A stretch of 64,000 nt of DNA from Polymyxa betae A26-41 (Eukaryota; Protista; Endomyxa: Phytomyxea). The stretch lies in the NCBI GenBank assembly GCA_003693705.1, contig RBZT01000364.1, positions 21,500 to 85,499 of the forward strand. The letters run 5' to 3'. The notes below the pieces were generated by a model. The model was not told the origin of the DNA, searched no databases, and was given only the letters and a program-made list of their open reading frames with translations. Every line of letters starts with the position of its first letter. Position 1 is the stretch's first letter. The translations under genes and the position numbers were made by a program. Positions 1-16,600 of this stretch are shown here, piece after piece.

Positions 1-100
1 TCAATTTTATTTTCGAAAATGAGCATCTCGAATTGCTATTTATCGTGTTTTACAGTTTTACTCTTTATTCGTTTTGATTAATTGCTTTTTTTCACGCGTA

Positions 101-1163
101 GGTTATTTTGTCGCATTGGAGTCATGACCAGCAGCTCGGTGGACGAATTCTTCATGTTGGTGGCGGCCAGCGCCGTACTGTTAGCCTTTCAAGGTTTTGC
201 TACCTGCCTTACACTGCATTCTCTAAATGCCTCCTTAGTCCAATATGGTACGATAATGTCCAGAAGGCGAAAATTATTCGCCGATTGGTGGGGAATGGGT
301 TTCATCGGCATCTGGAGACATCGTTGCTTTTGAAATCGGACATTCCTGCCCCTTGTAATGTTTCTCTAATGATAATGGAGTTCCTGCCAACAGGCGCTTA
401 TGTCGACCCAGACGAAATTGAGGTATTGCTGTATCTCTGTTTGTTGCATTCTGGCAGTTAAAATCCCTGTAGCGGTTGCGGCGGTTTCGAAATATCGATG
501 TCTCAGTCATTGGCGATCCAATCAATATTGAACATCCAGCGTCAATGTCGACACAAAACGTCGTTTTTATCCATGTAAATAATGTCACAAGGTGCTAAAC
601 AATTTCCCGACAAAGGTTCGTTCTGAATTTTTGTTAGAGAAAATTCTGATATGCAATGGTTCAACATTTCCGTTCCTATCCATTTGCGATATCAGCTTCC
701 TGCACACGGGACCAGTTTCATGGATGTCGTCTTCCCCCCTCCCTCCGTGTTCGTTTCGTATTCAGGAACCGAACGTTCGCCGAGGTGCCCGAAAACCGGT
801 TTGTAATCTAGCGCTATTTGTTCTTACACTAATGTTGGAATAAGGCACGATATGGCCTCAACCATTTTTGGTCGAATCTCATTTGCAGCAATGTCCTGGA
901 TGGAACAATGTTTTGATAGAAAACTTTGCTGAAGATAGGGATCTGGAAAATACTGGTTAGCCTGCTTTTCGTGTTTATTTATGTGTTGACATGTTTCAGA
1001 GGCAAGCGTTCCAAGAGGCAATTCTAGTCAGCACCAGTTTGTACAGCTTGTGACATTTGCGTCGACTTCACTTGGAGCAGCTGTCATTCTCGTCACCATC
1101 TGGATATCAAGCAGGTCATCTGCAATGCAATCGAAGCCCGATATTTCCAAAAAAGCCCAATGA
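101..1163 (+). CDS. PIGX: PIG-X/PBN1-like GPI mannosyltransferase I accessory subunit (spliced; 5' end uncertain, possibly outside the window)
   Basis: Exons give GNGFHRHLET...EFLPTGAYVDPDE, IGDPINIEHPA, and ASVPRGNSSQHQFVQLVT followed by a TM segment and C-terminal KKAQ* (KKxx ER-retrieval motif). Stop TGA at 1161-1163. Confidence 0.8.
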
Positions 1164-1409
1164 AATGTTCAGTTTTTTACAAGAATGTTGCCCTGGTATT
1201 GCATTCATAGGTTATCTTTCGAAATCGCTTAGCGATATTTCTCTTTGGCTTGGACTATTTCTGTTGCTAGTATTAGCGAAACGAAATATTGAAAATCCTG
1301 CTTTCATACTTCAAATCGTTTGGGTTGCACTTGCTTTTTCACCGATTGCTACTCACCGATTGCTACTCTTCGTTGCTTGAAACTCGTCACAAAGTTTCTT
1401 TACCTACCC

Positions 1410-2030
1410 ATGAATCCCGACCAGGATCATGTATGTATTGCTCTGTCGTTGTAAATGACACCTAACTGGCTCTAGAATGCACCTTCGTATCCTATTATGT
1501 CAGTCAATGCAGCCGACATTCGACAGATGTCCAAATTAGCTGCAGATTCGGAACGACACCGTCATATGGCGCTTTGCAAATCCACATGTAAAGATTCTCA
1601 TGTAGTTCAAACGATGTTCAATGCAATGCGACCTGAGGCTTATATCCGACCCCATCGCCACCGGGATATCGAGAGCCGAATTCGTTATATTGTCTTACAC
1701 GGAACCATCGCCGTGGTGATGTTCGACGAGAATGGACTCATTATCTGGGCCGATAAATTTTCGTCTGGTGATAGGTTTCTAGCTGATATCCCTGGCTGTG
1801 TCTATCATACTGTGATTTCCTTGGATCCAGATGCTGTTATTTACATGATTAAGCCAGGACCATTCGGTGGATCGGGAGATAAGATATGGCCGGACTGGGC
1901 TCCTGAGGAATTGGAGAAGGACAAAGCCAACCAATATCTGGTCTCGTTGAAATCTAAGCTAGCGCCGTTGATTGAAAATGAGATTCCAATCAGATCTGAT
2001 GCAAATATTCTAAAAAATATTTCGATTTAA
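1410..2030 (+). CDS. WbuC-family cupin-fold metalloprotein
   Basis: Exon 1 (1410-1430, MNPDQDH), GT-AG intron 1431-1475, exon 2 in frame. Motifs VQTMFNAMRPEAYIRPHRH, YHTVISL and KPGPF...WPDWAPEE resemble bacterial WbuC cupins. Confidence 0.75.
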
Positions 2031-2637
2031 GATCGGATAATGCTGGTTGTTATGATCGATCCAGTTTTCAATCACCTGGTAGCGGAAAAGTTTTGTTGCA
2101 ATAATTTTTATCGTCTTCCTCAAAAGTTACTATACGAGGACTTCTAAAATTCTTTGCGATGTTATTAGTTGGCGATTCTGTATCCGATCCAGATTTCGCA
2201 CTGCTTGACGAAAGTAAGATTGAATGATGTTTCTGCGAGACTCGAACTCCTTCGAGTTTGAATGGAGGATGAATGCTTAATAAAAATTCAAACCCTGTTC
2301 AGTCTATGCCTCAGCAATCCTTGGAAAGATAAGTTCTGAGTGCTGCTGACACTGAGAACCTGAGAGGAGCCACAAATATCAAATACAGAACAGTGTCGTT
2401 CTTGTCCAAGCAACTATCTCGCCAGTCATCTCAGGGTTCCACGACTTTTCGTTTCTTTATTCATCCAATTAAACCTTGCGATTCCAATAGCCGACTGCAA
2501 ATGCAGGCTGCCAGCTAGGAATACCACTGAGGCCAAATGAATTTGTTGCTGTAATTTTTCATGTTTGCGATGTTGGCAGTGCGTAGCCGCCTAGTATCAG
2601 GCCGGCTCTGCTATTGTGTGTCAAAAATCTGTCGATA

Positions 2638-6879
<4,242 letters not shown>

Positions 6880-7132
6880 TCTTTCAGTTCCAATCATGTT
6901 TATCCAAGGTCTTAAGGATCGCGACCAATACTATCGCTTACCAAGGATTTTATTCGTGTCTGTAATTGAAATAGTATTTTATACATTGTTGCTAATATAG
7001 CTTAATTTGACATGCTGTAGCCCTGGTAGCGCTCTCCTTTGATTCAGGATAGACCAACCATTGTTGAATGGTTGACTTCAGCGTGGCAGCTCTCCGTCAT
7101 GAAATTAAAAATGATCAGGCTTGCTACAATAT

Positions 7133-10100
7133 TTAAATTTTTGAAGACATAGGTGCTAATGACACGAGAGCTAGTTTGAATGCATTGGCTTGGTTGACGT
7201 CCATAGACACAATAATGCGGCTGACGTCGATTGATGCCTGCGTCAGCGATGATGTAACAGCAGCATTTGCTGAAACTGGAGCGAGCAGAATGTTCCCATT
7301 GGTGTCAGTTATGGAAAAATCTGTTAATGTCATCGATAAAGGCGAGATAGCAACAGAAGGCAAATGGAAAGAGAGTGAAGGGCTGGATCTATAACCAAAA
7401 ACTGTCGGAAGGCGCCGAATGTGGTACGCATCTTGCAAAGGCACGAAAATAATAACTGGGGATATATTGACTGCCAGGGACGATGGCTTCCATTTCAAGT
7501 CGCTAGACTCTCTGTCTTCAGGCTCCGAAGTGTTTGGTTTGAATTTTATTGGTAGAGTGCTCCTGAGAATGGTTATATTAGCTGACGAAAAAAAGAGAGA
7601 TGGTACGACTAACCTATATATCTGAAATAGTCTGATAAAATCGCAGAAAACGGAATCCCAAACTAGTTTTGCAGGCGAAATATTAACCTAACAGAAATTC
7701 ATAATAGCTCATATATAGGTGAACAACTTACTGAGACATCTCGTTTGGCTGAAATTTCAATATCTAGGAAAGCAGAAATTTCTGTCGACAACAAACAGCG
7801 AAGTTGTCCCCGCCGTGAAATATCAATAACAACTCTCATTACAGTGAACTTATGAGCATCTGGAAGACTTCCCGAAGCAGACAGGCGAATGATTTTTAAG
7901 GAGAGAACAGCATTAACGAACATAGCATCGAAAAAGCAAAGCGTCCTTGTTGGCCGAAGCCCAATCAGTGATAAACGAAGCTCATTTACAGAGCAAAAAT
8001 ACTGGATGATGTCTGCTAAAGCAGCTCCGGACAAGACAATCAGATAAATGTGATGGAGACAAAAAGTAGCCAGCATATCTTTGAAGGAGAACGAATACCT
8101 TTTTGTCTGAGGAACCATCTCGCAATTAAGTTCGTTTACTGAGAAACAGCTGGAAGTCGACGGTTGCACCATTTCCCTAAACATATGCGCTTTTAGTGCC
8201 AATGACAACATTTTCACAGTTGCTGAGGAGCAGGAAATCCTTCTGGTCTGAGCTCCATATTCAGCTGCCAAACCTGCAATCTAACAACGATTTCAGAGGT
8301 AAGAACTGAAAAGCGACCTTTCGGGTTTTACATGGAAGGAGACAGAGTTCAGATTCGAATAGAGTTCATCTTCCTTCCAATCTGGCATATCTTCGATATG
8401 AAGAGTTAAACAGAAATTTCCAAGCACTATCCCAGATGTGGAGTTGAGCTTCCTCACTAATGAGGTTGAGCCTTTCTTGGGTTTTTCAATCGGAATGAAC
8501 TTGAACAGTTGTTCGAATAACACGACCGATGACGAAGACTTCAAATTTAAAAGCACCGCTGCCGATCGTATAAATATAGTATTGTACTGGTTGTCCTTGT
8601 CGGCAAATGAATGCAGGCATATTGAATTTGAGTAATCCTGCACTCGTTCTCTTATGGGAACGAAATGCGTATCAAACCCATGTCTCTCTAATGATTGTCG
8701 AAATTTGTCCGAAAGATCTGTTGCAGAGAGTTGAATATTCAAAAAAGGCATGAACTCCTTGCAGTCGTCATCCCCAGTTATAATAAGCAATGGTAACAGG
8801 GTAGATTGATCAACAAAGTTGAGAGATTGTAACGAGATCGAAAGTCGCTGATGTGAAATTTCTTTGATTGCAAGAATAGACAGATGTCTAGCATGCAGAG
8901 TGGCGAACATGAATGATATTGAATAGAAATGAAAAATCACGGATGGCGCTTGAATTGAAAGAATCATAGTATCGCTGGGCATATATTCACCTGCATGTGG
9001 TTAGTTTTCAGGAATGCAAAACGAATCAGCATACTAATATCAACCACAGAATTATTGTCAGGGGGCACAGCAAGGAGATCCCAAGCCCAAGAGCCCCAGG
9101 AATTGCTCCTTGGTTCGTCTGAGGCGATCGACATCCCTCTGAACATGTATAAGTAAACATTTACAGTGTACAGCTTGCGAATACCTAGAAGTGGCAGGCG
9201 CAACCAAATCAACCGGATGTTTCGTAGATGTTGATTGAATCGATTGTGACATTGCCAACAGCAATTGAATTTGCTCAGCAGAAAGTGAAATTTCGAGAGG
9301 CGAAAGAGCTAAAATGTCTGCCTAAATGGAATTATAAAACCTGTCCAAAGGAAATCGAACAAATCTGTTACTTGAAGTTTTGGTCCTGATTTCGGGACCG
9401 GTGTCGAGATCGCAGTCCTACGAACGACGCGAACAGATGGTGTTCGATACATTCTTATCCGAATGTCAAGATCTGCTGATAGAATCAGCTGCCACAGGAA
9501 ACCATGTCTTAGAGAAATTTCCAACCTAGGCCTCTCAGCACCGTCCGAGTTGCATATGATGGCCGGCCATGGCTACGTTCCTGTAATCTAGCTTAGAACT
9601 CATAGTTTAGGTTCCCCTCATCCTAACATCTTGAAGAGAAACTTCTAATGTACACAAAGAAATCACGTAATGAGTGAGACGCCACGGGGCAGAAGGAGGT
9701 TCGATCTGAACAGCCTCCCATTCCACGTTGGTCGGGCGAACATTTGCCGACGCAAATGAGATCTGAAGACAGCCAAGATCAGGACTAGACAATGTTAATG
9801 ATAGATCTTCGATATTGACAACAGCATTAGCAACAATACGTTCTGTATATCTAGTGTTAGCGAACCTTAAAGTAAGCACAAGAAAACGAACCTAATAGCG
9901 ACTTCGTCCATGAATTCGATTCACCTCCTTGGTTAACCGATTCGTTGCTATTGCCTTCGATTTCGATAAAATCCGAATCGATGGCACCGTCTTGAAGGTT
10001 TGGTAATGTGCCAGGTTCTTCCTTGGGTTTCGATAGCTCCCGATCTATCGAAAGCCTGATCTTCATTTTTGATAAAGTAATTTCTACACTTTTTGTAGTG

Positions 10101-10488
10101 ATCGAGGTCCAGGGGATTCGAATCTGAAGCCTGAGACGATTCGTATAAGCGGTTCCTTGAACGCAACTCTACACGAATTGCACTGTACTTTCCAATCAAA
10201 GCGTAATCAATTCGAAGTTGTTGATCATAACCTAACATACGCTTTACATGCGTTAGAACGAAAGAGAAAACAAAAGGTAAATCACCCACCTGTAAAACAT
10301 CCAGTCGTAATTCAACACCCTTCAGCACAACGTCTCCGCCTGAAGCACTTTTCAGAATTCCCCACGTCAGCTATTTAGTCATTAATACTCCAAAGCGAAA
10401 GATTCAAGTCCGAATCAATCTTATCGAGATACTGGTTGGCGAATTTCATTATCAAGCCGGACAGCGTCCGCTGCATGCTGCCCAGCAT
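7133..10488 (-). CDS. VPS13B: VPS13B-like lipid transfer protein, N-terminal half (Chorein_N plus RBG repeats) encoded as a separate gene
   Basis: The spliced 5' end reads MLGSMQRTLSGLIMKFANQYLDKIDSDLNLSLWSGDVVLKGVELRLDVLQ...IQIPWTSITTKSVEITLSKMKIRL, matching the Chorein_N start of VPS13B (LSLWGGDVVL..LEL.LDVL...IHVPWT). Also contains SWGSWAWDLL and beta-strand-rich exons ending ...FKLALVSLAPMSSKI* at 7133. Confidence 0.85.
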
Positions 10489-10601
10489 CTTGGCTGTCGT
10501 ATTTTCCGTTCAGCCAGTCACTAGCGGGGAAGCCAAATGAGCGCATTCAATCGAAACATGCCACGACGATGGCTACAGAGATGTCGACAATGCCGATATA
10601 A

Positions 10602-13600
10602 ATGATGGATTTGTCAATGACGATCGCCGAAAAGCTTTTACGCCATCGACACGGAGACAGTGGGTGCAGCCCGCCCTATGTCGTCTCCCATCTGGAATCG
10701 TTGTCATTATCCCCCCATGTGGTCTGGCGTGTAAATACTGACTAGGACGCCTATGGGCAATGCCATATGTGCTCATGCAGAATTCAGCTCCACATTCACT
10801 GAGATTTCTTGTAACGTCGAATCAGTGAGGGCGTCGCTGAAGGGGAACAGCCCCAGCACTCTTCATATTGCTATTGATACCATCTCTTCGACCTATTTTC
10901 AGAACCATGACGTCGCCGTCTCAGTTTGGTGCAGTTTGATCATCTGCTGCGATTTGCTTATTGGTGTTAGATAGCCTCCACTTCAGTGAAGTCTTTGTGT
11001 AATGGGTCTGAGCGGGATTTGCTGAAACTACGAAATGGCCTGTCATTTGATAAAAGGAGGAATGGCGCCCACTTAATTTTACGCCCTTTAATTGCCCTCA
11101 TCGATATCGATTCCTTGAACGCTGGTGCTGAAGTTGTTACTGCTGCCATACCACTTCTTCCACCGAAATCTGTAGCATCCCCGAATCAGGCAGTTCAACC
11201 TGCCTTGGAAAACCTTTGTGTTTCTGTGGCCTCAACTGAAGTTGCAATTGCCGTCGACCCTAGTGCTGCGTTTGCTTTGTCTTTCCAATCAATGGAATAT
11301 CACTATAACTGTTCCTGTCGAGGAAAGCTCAGCGGACGTGTTCGCATCAGTCGACTCAAACTTCTGACGATATTTTGGAAAAAGGAATGCGATGATTATC
11401 GAACCTCGATCTCAAGTGATATCGATCTAGAAGTAATGCTAACTCCCAAGCTGGATCAAGTCGCGTTGACGCTGGAATCTGCTCTTACTTTCACTATCTC
11501 GTTTGCCATGATCGCGTTAGGTCAGAGGCTGCTCTCCAAAGTCGCACAACAGAAATTTTCTGCACAGAAACCCAACAAGACCGTTACTCCTAGGCTCGGT
11601 TTGAATATGCGATTTCACAGTATTGCTTTGGTAATTACTGGCGACAATTTCGACAGTATTACATTAACTGTAGCCCATATAGATGTGGGCAGCGAGAAAG
11701 TAACAATTGGGAATGTGGCCCTTCTGTATTCGGATCGTACGAACACGTCTTCGATTCTGTCATGCGTTTCTTCACCCGTCGCGTCCATCGATATAACTTC
11801 TAATTCCATCCTCGTAGAGCTGACAACATTTCGTGTTTGCGTCCCGCTTAAATTTCTAGCATTCTTGGCCTCTGTGCCGTCATCACCAAGCAACAGCAAC
11901 GTGGAGGCAGCGGAAATTATAATCTCTAAGCGGCGAAACTCATTACGTATTTTATTACCACTGTTCGATTTCCGACTCCAAGAGCAAGAGCAAACTTCAG
12001 TGTTAGCAATGGTTCAGATTTCTGACCTTTTTGCTCTCTGTTTGCCAACGATAAAAGAAGCTGACCACGTCTACTCTAACACGAACTCATTACGCTGCAC
12101 GTTCAGCGTAACCATTGCCAACAATGTTTTACTTCAGCAAACCCTAATAAGTCTCGAGCAAGTTTATTCAACCAACGAATTTTCAAGGCTCAATAGTTTC
12201 TATCCGGTGTCCCGAAGAGAGTCTTTATCAGTTTCTACAGATTCGATCAATATTCAGCTCTATTCTGAACAGATCAAGCCGATCCAATCTATCTTAGTGT
12301 CGCTTAACGGTCTTCCATCATCCCAAACTCGCAGCGGCCGCAAACACAGCATAACGGCACATGTTTCATCTCATGATGATTTACGCTCGCTTTATATTGA
12401 CGATGGCGCCTTTGAGCCGAAACCTGGTCGCATCACGCTGTCAGATAATGAAATCGCATGGTGCTATTTAACCTCTCGCTGTATCACTCATGTATCTCTA
12501 AGCGCTTTACACATTGCATTTGAAACTACGTTGACGCTGTAATCAAATCCTAGTTGTCTGGGTACGTTTGCTAATTTGGAAACAGATCTGCCGTAGACGT
12601 TGTCACCAATGAACGTTTTATCGTTGATCGAATCAGAGTCGATTTAAATCGAGCAACCGCGCATCAAGTCGTTTACTCTGTAATTGCGGAATCATGGGTC
12701 ATCTCATGGGCAGCATCGTCGCTATTAACCCCAGCTGATCTTGTGCAAATCATGCGAATTGATTCGATATCAGGGCCCACCGTTTCCAGTAGGTTGTTTT
12801 GAGACATTTATTGCCCATGATTGCACTATCACATTAGCCTTAGTTCCTTGTAACTCACATTATTATTGCTGCTTGTTGAAATCGCAAAGGAAAGTTCTGA
12901 CTATGCCTTGAACAGGAATCGCATCTTTAATTGTGCCCTCGCTATGTGTAACGTTAACATCAAGGAAAGACGGTTTGGAAGCGGATCATGCCATAATATC
13001 TGCTGAAGAGCTGCGCTCAAAGGCATTTACGACCAACAGGCTTTCAGTTATGACCATGCATATGAACCGTTTCAGGGGGAGTATTTTCCGGTATTCTGAC
13101 TTAGCCGAAGTCCCAATTGCCTTGACACATGAAATTGGCATTCTAATGATCAATAACGCAAATTTTCCTGGATCTGTAGTTCCGATTATGTTGCAGCAGT
13201 GCGAGAAATCTCGGGTGGTTAAAGTATCAATATCGAAAAAGCTGAGGTTGAATGTCAGCAGTTATGGTATCGATGCACTTTTATATGCTATTGAATCATT
13301 TCGTGATACACCTCAATCCGTGCCATTCGATGCAATCATATTCGCCGCCAACACCACAAAGCCTCATCACTGTAGTCAGATTCTCCTTCGTAATGATATA
13401 GGTGTCCCCATTCAGTATCGGCAGGAGGGTCAATTATCAACTGCTCTGTTATCACCGGGAGAGATGCATAACTTCACTTGGCCTTCGTAATTTTTTTCAT
13501 GCTTGATGACGCTTTTCTCACTTATGATAGGGTCATGAGGCAACAGTTGCGAATATCCTGTCATCCTGGAATATGGTCAGATCCTTTCACTCTAAAGAAT

Positions 13601-16600
13601 GCCACTGCAATTCGTTTACCGAGAAAGCAAACTTTCACCGATTTGCTTTTAAAGCAAGATGCGGCTCTGTATTCGTTCGATGCTCAACTTCATGTCGCAT
13701 CGAAATTGACTTTTGCCCTTGAGTTGAAGATTATCACCATATCGGATGACGATTTAGAAGAAACCTCTACCTATACCCTGACATTATTGCCTGAATCAGG
13801 AATCACACCAGTTCCTTTATGGCTGCCAAACGATCGGTCTGTCAATATCGAATATCAACTTCGTCCATGCATAGATGGCATCGAATGGCTCTGGGTAAGA
13901 ATAGAATCGTTTCAATTCCACTTTTCCTGCTCGTTTAATTCCTTGGATGCTTCTGCTTTGCCTCTCGTCCTTGGCTTCTTTTTTTATCTTTGTGTGATCT
14001 TTTGACTTAGTCTATAGAGTACGTTATCAACAGGTAGCGTGATCGTTTTTGAAGATGTTGACGGAAAGCACAAGCGCTCCGCCTGGCTGCATTCTGATGG
14101 TCGCACTATACGCCTGGCTCCTGCCGTTAAAGTCACTAATCAAACCGAATCAAATCTTTTCGTTCGTCTTTCTCAAACCGAGCCAATTCAAATTGATTCC
14201 CATCAATCTGTGCCCGTTTACGATTTTGATGAGAGATTACAATTGGCGGCTGCCATTCACATTGAAACCATTGATGTTGCAGAAACCGCTCTCCTCCTAT
14301 TTCCGAAGGAAGGCGAATCAGTTGCAACGTGCGTAATGTTGCCGTCGCAGCAAATGATGATTGTAGTTGCTACGTTGGATCCAGATCAGGGCTTACAGCT
14401 TGACCTTTTTTCCAGCGTCACATTCCGCAATCTGACAAGCCAGCCTTTCTCTGTGCTGGATCGCAACGACTCTGAGATTTCTATAAGCCCGAACGGTGTC
14501 GTCTCGACTTTTTGGGCAAATCCAATCGATGCTCGCTTTTACGTCGTCTACAGTGATGACGCTTTACGCAGCCAACAGCTTCACTGCAAGAGGTAATGTG
14601 CTACACATTCGCTTTTGACGTAGTTGCTAACCTTATTTACTCAGATCGGGATCTTTTGCTATTGATTTGTGTTCTGCTGTCAAGCTTAGTGTTACTAGGA
14701 TTGTCATGGTAATTCATCGCGTTTTTGCTGAATTCATTTTGTTCATTATTTACGTTGCAGTCAGTATCATGGACCACAAGCACATCATCGAAATCGTACG
14801 ACTCATCATCACGATGCGAGATAACACTGCAATCTCGATATTGCTTACATAATCGCTGCCCCTTCCCCATCTTTGTTCGTCCAGAATCACCAACGCCCGA
14901 TGCTATCGAGGTTATTACCGGTAACAGTCTTTTGTGGAAGCTGCGCCTTCAAATATTTACCTTTCTGTAGTGGCTGCCGGAGACAGCCATGATATTTTGG
15001 GCTGGTGTCTCGGTGCGCCTCCAATCCAGGCAATACGAGAGCCTCCTTCATTTGAATCTGGAGCCTGGCTATCTGACAATTCAGCATTGCGTCTGACCCG
15101 ATCAGCCGCTGATAAAAATCGATGGGGATGGTCAATGCCAATTAATTGTTTTGCAGGAGGTATCATTCTCTACTTAGATGATTTCTGGCTGATATTGCCT
15201 GGTAGAGAATCGTCAACAACGAGCACTGATTAAACTACGTAATCGCCAATCCGGCTTCGATATCGTTCTGTCGTGTGTTCGATTACGCGAAGACCATGTC
15301 ACACATCTGGTCTTGCTCAAGTTCTGACAATTATTCAACTTTGTTCTATTACTAACTCTGTCATAGCGATGTGCAAGTTCCACTCGTACTGGTGAACGCT
15401 ACTCCATATAAGCTCTCATACTTTGCATCATCGCTGAGATCTCCTACTCCGTCAAACCTGAACTTCATTAAAACTGATATCGAACCACATCAAAGCACTC
15501 AGATTCCTCCTGGTAAACACAACCATTACTTTCTTTTAAACTAACTAGAAAAACAGAGGTATCCGAAGATGAGCGGATCTTCACGAATGGCGTTACGCCA
15601 ATGGCATTGCATATTCGTGGAGTCGGTACCGAATGGTCTCCAGAACCCATTCTGCTTCGTAATGGTGTTCGTGCTCAATCTTTAGAACTGCCCTACATAT
15701 CATCAGGGTCATTGCATGTCCCGCAACCTCATATGCTAGGAAGCTCGCCAGCTCGAGCGGTCAAATCATCCAACAAACTGTTAGCTCTAGAGGTAAACAT
15801 GAACTGTTAACATTTTCGACGGCTCGTTTATTTTCTTCATTATATCTAGCTTTTGCCATAATTTTGCTATAAGCTTGTTTAGCTTTGAATAAAAGTTCTC
15901 AGATCTGTGAGATAATCCAATAATCATGTTGTTCAAGGTGGATTGCCTAGACCGGAATGGGACACTGGTTACAGTGATCGGTGTAAAAGACCATTCAGAA
16001 GAAGCAGTAGCGCTTCCAGAACACTCGTCGATATTGGAGATAGCTGCAGACTGTATTGAGGTATGCTTCCTGACGGCTTCAGCTGGCGCCGGATTCGCTG
16101 TCATTCTCGAGGATGTGGCCCTTTGCATAAATCAGCAGTTTGAACGGGTGTTTGAGTGTTTCTCATTTCGATTTGCAGTTAACAATTTCTTAGCGCTATG
16201 CCCGGATTTTACACGAACTCTCGAAACCGTTTGTGCCTTGCCGAACTGCTTCTCTACGAATTCGTTCCTTTCAACTGGAACACACGGCTAATCCTGTCGA
16301 ATATCCCATCGTCGCGCATAAGGCAGATCATGAGAGCAACAGTAGTTCCATTGAAATCCTTGTCTGTTTTGGTACCCAAATTGATTCGAATGATGAGCAC
16401 CAGCAAACCCCGCTTATGTATATTATGCATGCGGTTCATATTCAGGTTGGGAAGATGCTCCCTTCCTCGCTTGCAATGACCTCTTTGTGCAGAAATTGAG
16501 TATCTCGTTAGCGCCTTTTCGCTTATATATCGAAGACGCCTTCATATCAACGGTAACGGAATTCATCCACGAGCTCACGAGATCAATTTTCAAGATATAT

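Noticed and set aside
2225-2262. GAGTTCGAGTCTC on the minus strand suggesting a tRNA T-loop
   Set aside because: No matching acceptor stem, D-arm or anticodon arm could be built.
2100-2450. Possible small spliced minus-strand gene between the cupin and ISWI
   Set aside because: Splice-like signals exist, but I could not build a consistent ORF or recognise a family.
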